Source: a virus (Duplodnaviria; Caudoviricetes). From it: 64,000 bases of DNA. The stretch's first letter is position 1; every line of letters begins with the position of its first letter. Made by a program: the position numbers and the translations under genes. A model generated the notes under the pieces. The model was not told where the DNA came from. It worked only from the letters and a program-made list of their open reading frames with translations, and made no database searches. Below are positions 47,997 to 56,688 of this stretch, one piece after another. The DNA is taken from IMG/VR virus record IMGVR_UViG_3300025889_000070; one strand, 5' to 3'.

Positions 47997-50093
47997 ATGG
48001 CTGTAACTGGAGATTTAGGTGGGCAACCCATTACGCTTAATAATGCTGCTGAAGAGTTTACGCTTCAAGCTATTAATAATAATCTGTCACAGCTGGGAAA
48101 AGCCGCAGGGTATAATTTAACAGGATTGAGGAATGCCAACGCAACTGCTGGAAAAGCAGCAGGGGCATTAAAAACTGTAGCTAACGCTGCTGGTATGAGC
48201 GCAAGTGCTATGGAAAACAGCGTCGCCGCTGTTCAGAGGTGGTCAAACGAAGCAAGTAAAAATATGCGGGCAGCTAGTGCTAGCATGGGCAGGGCTTTAA
48301 GTACTTCTGGCGACACGTTAAGTTCAAGATTAACTGCTGTTGGTGGTGCATTTAGTTCTGCTGTAAAAAGTATACCTTTATTAGGTAGTGTTGCAGGAGT
48401 AGCAGCTGGCGCTATTACTGGTCACATTGCTAATATGGTAGATGCTTTTGATACTGCTCAAAAATCTGGTGCTAGTTTTGGATATGATATAGGCAAATTT
48501 GGAGAAATAGCAGGACAGTCTGGTTTAACTTTTGGTCAACTGGCAGAGGTAGCCAACAAAGCAGGCGAAGGGTTAAGTAAATTTGGTGGTACTACGCTTA
48601 GAGGTAGTCAGGATTTTGCAAGATTTAGTAATGGATTAAGACAAAGCAATTTTTCAAAAGATCTAATGCGAATGGGTATGAGTATTACAGATCAAGCAAT
48701 TGCCATGGCAGACTACACTGGGATGTTAGCCAGGCAAGGTGTTAAAATAGATCAGTTGAATACAAATGACGTAGTTATAGGCATGGCCAGTTATCAGAGA
48801 GAACTTAAAACACTATCCCAAATGACAGGCACAACCATTGATCAGCAACGACAGTTACAGAAACAAGAAATGATGAATGCTGATAGCCGTGCAGCAATAA
48901 TGACTCTAAACAAAGATCAGCAGCAGATAGCATTGCAATCTATAACTACTGCTACTGAAAAGTTTGGGCCGGCAGCAGGCCAAGTAATCCGCGAGTTAAT
49001 AGCACATGGTCAAGTTGTAAGCAAAGAAGGTTTAATGTTCGCAGATCAGAATCAGGCTGCTTTTGGGCATTTACAAGGATTAACTACTAACTTGCGAGCT
49101 GGTGCTGCTAGTGCGGACGGCGTAAGCCAGATGTTTGCAAACATGGAAAAAGATGATCGCATCCAATCAGAGATGCAACAAAACGCTAAATTAGCAGCAC
49201 AAATGGTTGGTGTTGCTCACAGTAATGCTTATATTAACACAATTAAAGACAGTTTGCCAAAGATTGCTGATACAGTTGGCCAGTTTAGAAATGAAGGCGT
49301 AGCGAAAATTAGAGAAGACATGGCACGATTAAGTGACGACGTCTCAGGTATGCAAAAAATAACTAATGAACTGAGAAACTTTGGTCAAGCTGCACAAACG
49401 GCCTTGGAACAAGGTACCGTTGCTTTAACAAATAGTGGGGCATCAAATGAAATTCTCGGAGACATCGCGAACAAGACTGCTGGTTTAACTAGTGCTTTGC
49501 AAACTTTTACTACTGAATTATCAAGTAGTACTGGTACCTTTGAAACAGCAGTGGAGAAGTTTGCTCAAGCAGTAGGCATAGGCGGTAAAAGTCAACCTAC
49601 TAGAAGAATTGAAAAAGCAGGTAAATTTATTTCGGATTGGTTTAAATCTAATTTTTTGGGTAGTGACCAATCCAATCCAGCCGGCAGTGCTGCCCGCGGC
49701 GGCGTTGGGACGGGTAGCCAGATGCCAGGTAGTGACCAATCCGAAGAAGACGGCAGTGCCGCCCGCGGTGGAATTATTAATGCACCAATGTCAGGTGCAG
49801 TAGGAAAAATAAAATTTCATGGCATGGAAGTTATTAAACCTGTAGCAAATCTGGAAGAAGCAAAAGCTGAACTGTCAAATAAAAATACTTTTGGTGATGC
49901 TAACCAAGAAGTTTTACAAGATTTACGTGTTTTAGCTCAATCAATAAAAGCAGGGACAGACAAAAACTTAAACGAACAAAATACCGGGAATAATGATTTA
50001 TTATATGCTTTAAAAGAGAATAATGAATTACTCAAAATAATGACCCAAACAATAGAAGACGGTAACAAGAAAATAGAACGGGCCGTAGCTTAA
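47997..50093 (+). CDS. Tape-measure-like protein (gp29-like)
   Basis: 698 aa, Ala/Gly/Gln-rich and helical, with YQRELKTLSQMTG-type repeats; divergent from the chaperone-like gp26/gp51 pair. Confidence 0.72.
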   Translation: MAVTGDLGGQPITLNNAAEEFTLQAINNNLSQLGKAAGYNLTGLRNANATAGKAAGALKTVANAAGMSASAMENSVAAVQRWSNEASKNMRAASASMGRALSTSGDTLSSRLTAVGGAFSSAVKSIPLLGSVAGVAAGAITGHIANMVDAFDTAQKSGASFGYDIGKFGEIAGQSGLTFGQLAEVANKAGEGLSKFGGTTLRGSQDFARFSNGLRQSNFSKDLMRMGMSITDQAIAMADYTGMLARQGVKIDQLNTNDVVIGMASYQRELKTLSQMTGTTIDQQRQLQKQEMMNADSRAAIMTLNKDQQQIALQSITTATEKFGPAAGQVIRELIAHGQVVSKEGLMFADQNQAAFGHLQGLTTNLRAGAASADGVSQMFANMEKDDRIQSEMQQNAKLAAQMVGVAHSNAYINTIKDSLPKIADTVGQFRNEGVAKIREDMARLSDDVSGMQKITNELRNFGQAAQTALEQGTVALTNSGASNEILGDIANKTAGLTSALQTFTTELSSSTGTFETAVEKFAQAVGIGGKSQPTRRIEKAGKFISDWFKSNFLGSDQSNPAGSAARGGVGTGSQMPGSDQSEEDGSAARGGIINAPMSGAVGKIKFHGMEVIKPVANLEEAKAELSNKNTFGDANQEVLQDLRVLAQSIKAGTDKNLNEQNTGNNDLLYALKENNELLKIMTQTIEDGNKKIERAVA

Positions 50094-50094
50094 T

Positions 50095-50123
50095 TTGCGT
50101 AAATAGTATAAAGGTGCTATAAT
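50095..50123 (+). promoter_or_regulatory. Sigma70-type promoter
   Basis: TTGCGT-17 nt-TATAAT with extended -10 TG; an ATG follows 5 nt later. Confidence 0.6.
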
Positions 50124-50128
50124 ATATT

Positions 50129-50209
50129 ATGAACAGATGGTACAATAACGGCATTAAAATTATCTTTTGTGATAAAGATACTCCCACCATCAGTGGAAGG
50201 AAAATTTAA
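50129..50209 (+). CDS. 26-aa mini-ORF carrying a homing-endonuclease-type WYNNG repeat
   Basis: MNRWYNNGIKIIFCDKDTPTISGRKI* fills the gap between the promoter and the portal start (stop 2 nt before the portal ATG). Confidence 0.45.
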   Translation: MNRWYNNGIKIIFCDKDTPTISGRKI

Positions 50210-50211
50210 AA

Positions 50212-51945
50212 ATGTCGTGGAAAAAATATTTTAAGACTGTGAATGCCAGCCCCCTGACAAACGCAGGGCCTGGTAATAGTTCAGATCTAAAATACAGTCA
50301 TTATGCTAGTCATCTACCTGAAGTTTACGTTGGTCATGCAAATCGTATTACTCGTTATGCCCAGTATGAAAACATGGATGTCGACAGTGAAGTAAACGCT
50401 GCGCTGGATATTATTGCTGAATTCTGTACACAAACAAATGTAGAAAATGGCACAGTTTTTGATGTTCACTTCCACGAAGATCCCAGTGACAGTGAAATAG
50501 AAACTATCAGAAAACAACTTGTAAACTGGAATAACTTAAACGAATTTGACAAACGAACATTCAAGATTTTCCGGAACGTTCTAAAGTACGGTGATCAGGT
50601 GTTTATCAGAGACCCAGAAACTTTTGAATGGTTCTGGGTAGAGATGACAAAAGTCACTAAAGTGATTGTTAATGAGAGCGAAGGCAAAAAGCCTGAGCAG
50701 TATGTGCTCAAAGATATAAATCCTAACTTTGAAAATCTTACAGCAACTCAGTTAAACTACAGCGATGATTTTCACAGATCAGGCGATCACAAACAAAGTG
50801 GTTATATACAGCCCAGTAACATATATACAAGCCAGAGCAGTAGTCAGGGAAGATTTGATCGCAGTGTAAATGAAACTGCGGTAGAAGCAGAACACATTGT
50901 ACATTGTAGTTTAACAGAAGGTCTGGACGCTAACTGGCCTTTTGGTAATAGTATACTAGAAAATATTTTTAAAGTTTACAAGCAAAAAGAACTGCTTGAA
51001 GATGCTATTATTATCTACCGTATCCAAAGAGCTCCAGAGCGTAGAGTATTTTATGTTGATGTTGGTAATATGCCAGCACACATGGCTATGGCCTTTGTTG
51101 AGCGTGTTAAAAATGAAATTCATCAGCGTCGTATTCCTAGTCAAACAGGCGGCGGCGCTAACATCATGGATACAACTTATAATCCACTTAGTATTAATGA
51201 AGATTACTTCTTTCCACAAACAGCAGAAGGTCGAGGGTCAAAAGTTGAAACACTACCAGGTGGAACTAATCTTGGTGAAATTGATGATTTGAAATACTTT
51301 ACCAACAAACTATATCGTGGACTAAGAATACCCAGCAGTTACTTGCCTACCGGACCTGATGAATCACCAGCTGGTTACACTGATGGCAGAGTTGGTACCG
51401 CTCTGATTCAAGAGTATCGTTTTAATGAGTATTGTAAACGACTTCAGCGTTTAATTGCAGAAACATTTGACAGAGAATTTAAAATGTTTCTAAAGTGGCG
51501 AGGTTTTGAACTGGATAATAGTAGTTTTGAGCTACGCTTTAACGAACCACAAAACTTCAGCAAGTATCGTGAAGTTGAAATGGATGGAACCAGAATTAAT
51601 ACATTTACCAGCCTGGAAGGTTATCCATATTTGAGTAAACGTTTCTTACTACAACGCTTCCTGGGTCTCAGTGAAGAAGAAATGTCAGAAAACACTAAGC
51701 TCTGGAGAGAAGAGAATCTAGATGATGTTGAAGCAGATATGCCAAACATGCGTAGTGTTGGTATTACACCAGGTGGATTAGAAACTGACTTAGAAAACTT
51801 TATGCCACCTGATCTTGAAACACCCGAAGGTGAAGGTGCTGAAGGTGAAGCTGATCTTGGAGCAAGTGAGCCTGGTGGCCCAACTGGAGCACCACAAAGT
51901 CCTATTCCAGGAACGCCACCGCCTACAGAAGTTCCCAGTACATAA
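50212..51945 (+). CDS. gp20: Portal protein, T4 gp20-like
   Basis: YENMDVDSEVNAALDII, EDAIIIYRIQRAPERRVFYVDVGNMP, EDYFFPQTAEGRGSKVETLPGGTNLGEIDDLKYF, LRIPSSYL. Confidence 0.96.
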   Translation: MSWKKYFKTVNASPLTNAGPGNSSDLKYSHYASHLPEVYVGHANRITRYAQYENMDVDSEVNAALDIIAEFCTQTNVENGTVFDVHFHEDPSDSEIETIRKQLVNWNNLNEFDKRTFKIFRNVLKYGDQVFIRDPETFEWFWVEMTKVTKVIVNESEGKKPEQYVLKDINPNFENLTATQLNYSDDFHRSGDHKQSGYIQPSNIYTSQSSSQGRFDRSVNETAVEAEHIVHCSLTEGLDANWPFGNSILENIFKVYKQKELLEDAIIIYRIQRAPERRVFYVDVGNMPAHMAMAFVERVKNEIHQRRIPSQTGGGANIMDTTYNPLSINEDYFFPQTAEGRGSKVETLPGGTNLGEIDDLKYFTNKLYRGLRIPSSYLPTGPDESPAGYTDGRVGTALIQEYRFNEYCKRLQRLIAETFDREFKMFLKWRGFELDNSSFELRFNEPQNFSKYREVEMDGTRINTFTSLEGYPYLSKRFLLQRFLGLSEEEMSENTKLWREENLDDVEADMPNMRSVGITPGGLETDLENFMPPDLETPEGEGAEGEADLGASEPGGPTGAPQSPIPGTPPPTEVPST

Positions 51946-51948
51946 ATA
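51941..51948 (+). promoter_or_regulatory. T4-type late promoter (CATAAATA)
   Basis: Overlaps the portal stop codon, upstream of 51952..52194. Confidence 0.55.
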
Positions 51949-51951
51949 TAC

Positions 51952-52194
51952 TTGGAGATAGTTATGTACGTTAAAGACTTTATTAAAGAATCTGATACAA
52001 AAACAGAAGATAAACTTCATGATCAGAATTCTGATGCTAGCAAAGCTGAAAAAACAGATACCAGAAAAACCCGCCTTACTCTAGAGCAGATTAATCGTTT
52101 GCGTGTACTTAATGATGTAAAAATTTCTGAATATCAGCAAAATATTAAAAAAATCAAGCAACAATTTTCTGCTCCTGCCGCCCCAGCCCAGTAA
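51952..52194 (+). CDS. Small head-assembly protein (gp67/68 position)
   Basis: Between portal and core genes; RKTRLTLEQINRLR motif. The true start is probably the ATG at 51964 after the GGAG RBS. Confidence 0.6.
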   Translation: MEIVMYVKDFIKESDTKTEDKLHDQNSDASKAEKTDTRKTRLTLEQINRLRVLNDVKISEYQQNIKKIKQQFSAPAAPAQ

Positions 52195-52223
52195 AATCTC
52201 CTTTTTGACTCAAAAAATGCTCT

Positions 52224-52256
52224 TAATTACACATAAATAAAGTGTGTAGTTAAATA
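52224..52256 (+). promoter_or_regulatory. Late promoter in the loop of an inverted repeat
   Basis: TAATTACACA/TGTGTAGTTA 10-bp stem (one G-T pair) whose loop holds TAAATA (CATAAATA at 52232-52239); a second TTAAATA at 52250-52256. Confidence 0.6.
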
Positions 52257-52289
52257 AACTAAATGCCTTAACATAAAGGAGCCCTATTT

Positions 52290-52988
52290 ATGAGCGACAA
52301 ATTTAATGAACTTATTGAGCTTATCATTAGTGAAGAAAGTGATAAAGCAAGAGATCTTTTTCATGAAATCGTAGTGGAAAAGAGCCGTGAAATTTATGAA
52401 GCCCTAGACGAAGAAGAAGTAGTCGATGAGGCGGAAGAAGAAATTGAAGAGAATGATTTTGATGAAGCAGAGCTAGGTGGCGATGCTGCTGATGACATGA
52501 TCGACGACATCGACGACATCGAAGCAGACGAACAAGGTCTTGCTATCGAAGGTCACGACGACGACGATGAAGAGCTAGAGGATCGTGTTGTTGATCTCGA
52601 AGACGCTCTTGACGAACTCAAAGCAGAATTTGAAAGAATTATGGCTGGTGACGATGACGAACCAGAAATGGACATGGACATGGATGATGAAGAAGTGGAC
52701 ATGGACGACGATGAGTCAGACATGGACATGGATGACATGGACGACGAGTCAGAAGATGAGATGGCTGATGAAATGGTTCGCGAGTACAAGGAAAAAGTTT
52801 CACCTCCTTCCAATTCAGAAGAAGGTGACGGCAAATCCGGTCCAGTTGCTGGTAAAAACCCAATTGGTAATGCCGCTAATGCTAAAAACCTTAATCAAGG
52901 CGGAGACGGTGAAAAAGTTACACCACAGAAGCCAAAAGTTCAAACAGATGCAGCCAATCCAAAAGGCGCAACTATGAAAAAGGCATAA
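52290..52988 (+). CDS. Highly acidic prohead core protein
   Basis: Asp/Glu/Met-rich low complexity; LEDRVVDLEDALDELKAEF coiled segment; directly upstream of gp21. Confidence 0.75.
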   Translation: MSDKFNELIELIISEESDKARDLFHEIVVEKSREIYEALDEEEVVDEAEEEIEENDFDEAELGGDAADDMIDDIDDIEADEQGLAIEGHDDDDEELEDRVVDLEDALDELKAEFERIMAGDDDEPEMDMDMDDEEVDMDDDESDMDMDDMDDESEDEMADEMVREYKEKVSPPSNSEEGDGKSGPVAGKNPIGNAANAKNLNQGGDGEKVTPQKPKVQTDAANPKGATMKKA

Positions 52989-53002
52989 GGTAGGTACAAT
53001 AT

Positions 53003-53626
53003 ATGAACTACCTAAGAGAACACCTTACCTTCGATCAAGCTCGTATGGTTACAGAAACTGCTAACGAGGGCAAGGATCTCTATATGAAAGGCATTTGTAT
53101 TCAGGGCGGGGTAAAGAACGCCAACCAGCGTGTTTACCCTGTCACTGAAATTTCCAATGCCGTTAAGCAGCTCAACGATCAAATTACATCAGGAAACAGT
53201 GTTCTTGGTGAAGTTGATCATCCAGACGACTTAAAGATTAATTTAGATCGTGTTAGCCACATGATTACTGAAATGTGGATGGACGGCCCAAACGGCTATG
53301 GAAAATTAAAAGTTTTACCCACTCCAATGGGTCAGTTAGTTAAGACCATGTTAGAAAGTGGGGTAAAGTTGGGCGTTAGTAGTAGAGGCAGCGGCAACGT
53401 TGCAGAATCTACTGGTGATGTTTCCGACTTCGAGATTGTCACAGTTGACGTTGTGGCACAACCCAGTGCTCCAAATGCATATCCTAAAGCCATATACGAA
53501 GGCTTACTTAATATGCACCATGGGCACAATGTCCTTGAGATTGCCAGAGAAGCAAATGGCAATGCTAAAGTACAAAAATACTTGAAAGACGAAGTAGTTC
53601 GTCTTATCAAGGACCTAAAGATCTAG
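53003..53626 (+). CDS. gp21: Prohead core protease, T4 gp21-like
   Basis: LYMKGICIQGGVKNANQRVYP, LGEVDHP, LDRVSH, LGVSSRGSG and TVDVVAQPSAPNAY. Confidence 0.95.
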   Translation: MNYLREHLTFDQARMVTETANEGKDLYMKGICIQGGVKNANQRVYPVTEISNAVKQLNDQITSGNSVLGEVDHPDDLKINLDRVSHMITEMWMDGPNGYGKLKVLPTPMGQLVKTMLESGVKLGVSSRGSGNVAESTGDVSDFEIVTVDVVAQPSAPNAYPKAIYEGLLNMHHGHNVLEIAREANGNAKVQKYLKDEVVRLIKDLKI

Positions 53627-53635
53627 GAGACAAAG

Positions 53636-54736
53636 ATGCTAGATGCTATCAAACCATTATTGGATAGCGACCTGATCAACGAAGAGACCCGCACTCAAAT
53701 AGAAGAAGCCTGGGAATCAAAGTTAACAGAAACTAAAGAACAGGTCAGAGTAGAGCTCCGTGAGGAATTTGCTCAACGCTATGAGCACGATAAGAGTGTA
53801 ATGGTTGAAGCCTTGGATCGTATGGTAACTGAAAATCTAACAAGTGAACTAGAACTTATTCAGGAAGAAAAGAAGCGTCTTGCAGAAGACCGTGCTAAGT
53901 TTGTAGCACGTATGCAGGAAACTTCCGGAAGTTTTGATAAGTTTCTAGTAAATCAACTTGCTGAAGAAATTCAAGAATTTCAAGCAGATCGTGCAGAGCA
54001 AGCAGAACATGTAGCAAAGATAGAAGCCTTTATTACAGAAGCACTTGCCAAAGAGATCATTGAGTTCCAAGAAGATCGCCAAGATGTTGTTGAAACCAAG
54101 GTTCGTCTTGTAAAAGAAGCACGTAGCAAGTTTGATGAGATTAAATCAAAGTTTATTGACAATAGCAGCAAACTTGTCAAAGAAGCAGTTACTGATAATC
54201 TAAATGCTGAGATCACTCAACTACGTGAAGATATCGAAGCAGCCAAAGCAAATAACTTTGGTCGTAAAATTTTCGAAGCATTTGCAAGTGAATTTAGTGT
54301 AAGTTATCTCAATGAAAATCAAGAAATTAAAGATTTAAAACGTTCAATTGAAGAAAAAGAGCAAGCACTAACAGAAGCAAAAGTTGCAATCGCTGAGAAA
54401 TCACACATTATTGAGAGCAAAGAGCATGAAATTGAAGCTATTAACGAATCTGCCCTGCGCAAAGAAATTATGGCAAATCTCATGAAGCCACTCAATAAAG
54501 AAAAAGGCGCAGTAATGCGTGACCTTCTAGAAAGCGTTCAAACAAGCAAGCTACAAGCTGCATATGATCGTTATCTTCCAGTTGTACTAGACGGCAAAGC
54601 ACCAAAAACTGAAAAGAAGATGGTAGCTGAAAGTCGTGTAGCAAAAACTGGAAACAAAGAAGTAAAAACACCACAACCTGTAGAGGCTGATACAAGTAAT
54701 ATTGTTGAGCTTCGCAAGTTGGCAGGCTTAAAATAA
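53636..54736 (+). CDS. gp22: Prohead scaffold protein, T4 gp22-like
   Basis: Long Glu/Lys coiled coil between gp21 and gp23; FGRKIFEAF motif. Confidence 0.88.
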   Translation: MLDAIKPLLDSDLINEETRTQIEEAWESKLTETKEQVRVELREEFAQRYEHDKSVMVEALDRMVTENLTSELELIQEEKKRLAEDRAKFVARMQETSGSFDKFLVNQLAEEIQEFQADRAEQAEHVAKIEAFITEALAKEIIEFQEDRQDVVETKVRLVKEARSKFDEIKSKFIDNSSKLVKEAVTDNLNAEITQLREDIEAAKANNFGRKIFEAFASEFSVSYLNENQEIKDLKRSIEEKEQALTEAKVAIAEKSHIIESKEHEIEAINESALRKEIMANLMKPLNKEKGAVMRDLLESVQTSKLQAAYDRYLPVVLDGKAPKTEKKMVAESRVAKTGNKEVKTPQPVEADTSNIVELRKLAGLK

Positions 54737-54755
54737 AGTACTAGAGGAGACAAAA

Positions 54756-55952
54756 ATGTCAAACGTACTATTAGAAAGCCGTTGGGGCGAAACAAAAGAT
54801 GCTCTTCTAGAAGGTCTAGAAGGCAATCGCCGCAGCAGCATGGCAGTAATTCTTGAAAATACCAAGCGGTATCTATCAGAATCTGCATCTACCGGCGCAA
54901 CCGCAGCAGGTAACGTAGCTACACTTAACCGTGTTATTCTACCAGTTATCCGCCGTGTTATGCCAACAGTTATCGCCAACGAAATCGTTGGTGTTCAACC
55001 AATGCAGGGCCCAGTTGGCCAGATCCACACTCTACGTGTTCGTTACGCAGAAGCAGTTACTTCAACAGCAACTGGTGACCTCGGAACAGATACAGTAGCA
55101 GGTGATGAAGCTCTTAGCCCATTCAAAATTGCTACAGCATATTCTGGTACTGTATCAGCTACTTCAAGCACAGGTCGTGCCGGCGCAACAGCCGCCATGG
55201 AAGGTGATGGTGGTAACAAGATCAGCATCCAGATCCTAAAGCAGCCTGTTGAAGCCAAGACCAGAAAGCTACAAGCTCGCTGGACATTCGAGGCAGCTCA
55301 AGACGCACAGAGCATGCATGGTATCGACGTTGAAGCCGAAATCATGGCCGCTCTTGCTCAGGAAATCACCGCAGAAATCGACCAGGAAGTTCTAGCTTCT
55401 CTACGCAGCCTAGCTGCCACAGAAGAAACCTTCAACCAGGCCGCAGTAAGTGGTACAGCCACATACGTTGGTGATGAGCATGCTGCTCTAGCAGTGCTAA
55501 TCAACCGCACAGCCAACAAGATTGCACAGCGCACACGTCGTGGTGCAGGTAACTGGGCAGTTGTTAGCCAGGAAGCACTAACAGTTCTACAGAGTGCAAG
55601 CACTTCAGCTTTTGCTCGTACAACTGAAGGTACTTTCGAAGCACCAACAAACACCAAGTTCGTTGGTACACTCAACGGTGCAATGCGCATTTATGTTGAC
55701 GGTTATGCCGGCGACAGTAAAGCAGTACTAGTTGGTTACAAGGGTCAAAGTGAAACAGACGCAGCAGCATTCTATTGCCCATACGTCCCACTAATGAGCT
55801 CTGGTACAGTACTAGATCCAGCAACATTTGAGCCAGTAGTTAGCTTTATGACCAGGTATGGATATGTGGAGTTGTCAAACACTGCATCATCACTTGGTAA
55901 TGCTGGTGATTACGTTGGCGAAGTTGCCATGCAAAATATTAGCTTTAGCTAA
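54756..55952 (+). CDS. gp23: Major capsid protein, T4 gp23-like
   Basis: LPVIRRVMPTVIANEIVGVQPMQGPVG, TRKLQARWTFEAAQD, EIMAALAQEITAEIDQE, FYCPYVPL and MTRYG. Confidence 0.97.
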   Translation: MSNVLLESRWGETKDALLEGLEGNRRSSMAVILENTKRYLSESASTGATAAGNVATLNRVILPVIRRVMPTVIANEIVGVQPMQGPVGQIHTLRVRYAEAVTSTATGDLGTDTVAGDEALSPFKIATAYSGTVSATSSTGRAGATAAMEGDGGNKISIQILKQPVEAKTRKLQARWTFEAAQDAQSMHGIDVEAEIMAALAQEITAEIDQEVLASLRSLAATEETFNQAAVSGTATYVGDEHAALAVLINRTANKIAQRTRRGAGNWAVVSQEALTVLQSASTSAFARTTEGTFEAPTNTKFVGTLNGAMRIYVDGYAGDSKAVLVGYKGQSETDAAAFYCPYVPLMSSGTVLDPATFEPVVSFMTRYGYVELSNTASSLGNAGDYVGEVAMQNISFS

Positions 55953-56002
55953 TAAAAAAAAAAGCATTGCAGTTTACCTAAACGTAAGCTCAAAAACAGA
56001 CT

Positions 56003-56029
56003 GGGGAAGCAGAAATGCTTCCCCTTTTT
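56003..56029 (+). terminator. Rho-independent terminator after gp23
   Basis: GGGGAAGCA-GAAA-TGCTTCCCC followed by TTTTT. Confidence 0.9.
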
Positions 56030-56055
56030 GTTGACTAAAATTATATTGCAAAGTC

Positions 56056-56063
56056 TATAAATA
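56056..56063 (+). promoter_or_regulatory. T4 late promoter, exact TATAAATA
   Basis: Exact consensus, between the gp23 terminator and 56146..56619. Confidence 0.75.
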
Positions 56064-56145
56064 CATTGTCTATAAACTAGACTTATGCGGACACCACCGC
56101 GTACCTGGTAGAACCAGGATCGGACTTCTTGAAAGGAGAAAACAA

Positions 56146-56619
56146 ATGGGTAGACCATTAAGAACAGCAGAAACAGTTGATGGTAACTTTCACACAGGCG
56201 CAATTGGTGCAGATGCCGGCACAGGTCAGCAGATTCGTATGATTGCTTATATTCCTGAAGCAGATGGCGGCAGTAGTGCAGTAAACACATCAGTTGTAAA
56301 ACAAAAAGGTACACACCGTTTTCGTGTCACAACTGTACAAGGTACAGGCACATGCACACTTCGTCCACTAGCCAGTGGCTCACTGGCTGCAGGCGAGTGC
56401 CAGCTAACAGCAACAGACAGTGCAAGCGGCACTTACTTTGTAAGCCGTGTTAGTCCTAACTGGATTGAAATTGGCGCTCTAGGCACAGGTTCACAGGTTG
56501 CAGTAGGCGATCGTGTACAGTGGGTTAATACAGGTGAATCAGCTGTTGCAATTGACACCAGTACATATGCTATTGGTGATGTTAATCAGCCAGGTAGATT
56601 TATCATTGTAACTGCATAA
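56146..56619 (+). CDS. Hypothetical virion protein (157 aa), possibly head decoration
   Basis: Strong AAGGAG RBS, late promoter, codon style like gp23; KQKGTHRFRV motif. Confidence 0.65.
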   Translation: MGRPLRTAETVDGNFHTGAIGADAGTGQQIRMIAYIPEADGGSSAVNTSVVKQKGTHRFRVTTVQGTGTCTLRPLASGSLAAGECQLTATDSASGTYFVSRVSPNWIEIGALGTGSQVAVGDRVQWVNTGESAVAIDTSTYAIGDVNQPGRFIIVTA

Positions 56620-56635
56620 GTTCAAGTATTAAGTC

Positions 56636-56682
56636 TTGACAAACAAAAAAAGGTTACAGTATAATGTATTGTAACCTTTTTT
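56636..56682 (+). terminator. Bidirectional terminator-like hairpin that contains a sigma70 -10 box
   Basis: AAAAAAGGTTACA/TGTAACCTTTTTT inverted repeat; TTGACA (56636) 18 nt upstream of TATAAT (56660), which lies in the loop. Confidence 0.7.
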
Positions 56683-56688
56683 AATGAT

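Noticed and set aside
52630-52780. GACATG-rich tandem repeats
   Set aside because: They simply encode the Asp/Met low-complexity tract of the acidic core protein; not an array.
55953-55965. A10 homopolymer after the gp23 stop as a phase-variation site
   Set aside because: It is intergenic, downstream of the stop and upstream of the terminator, with no frame or promoter spacing to alter.
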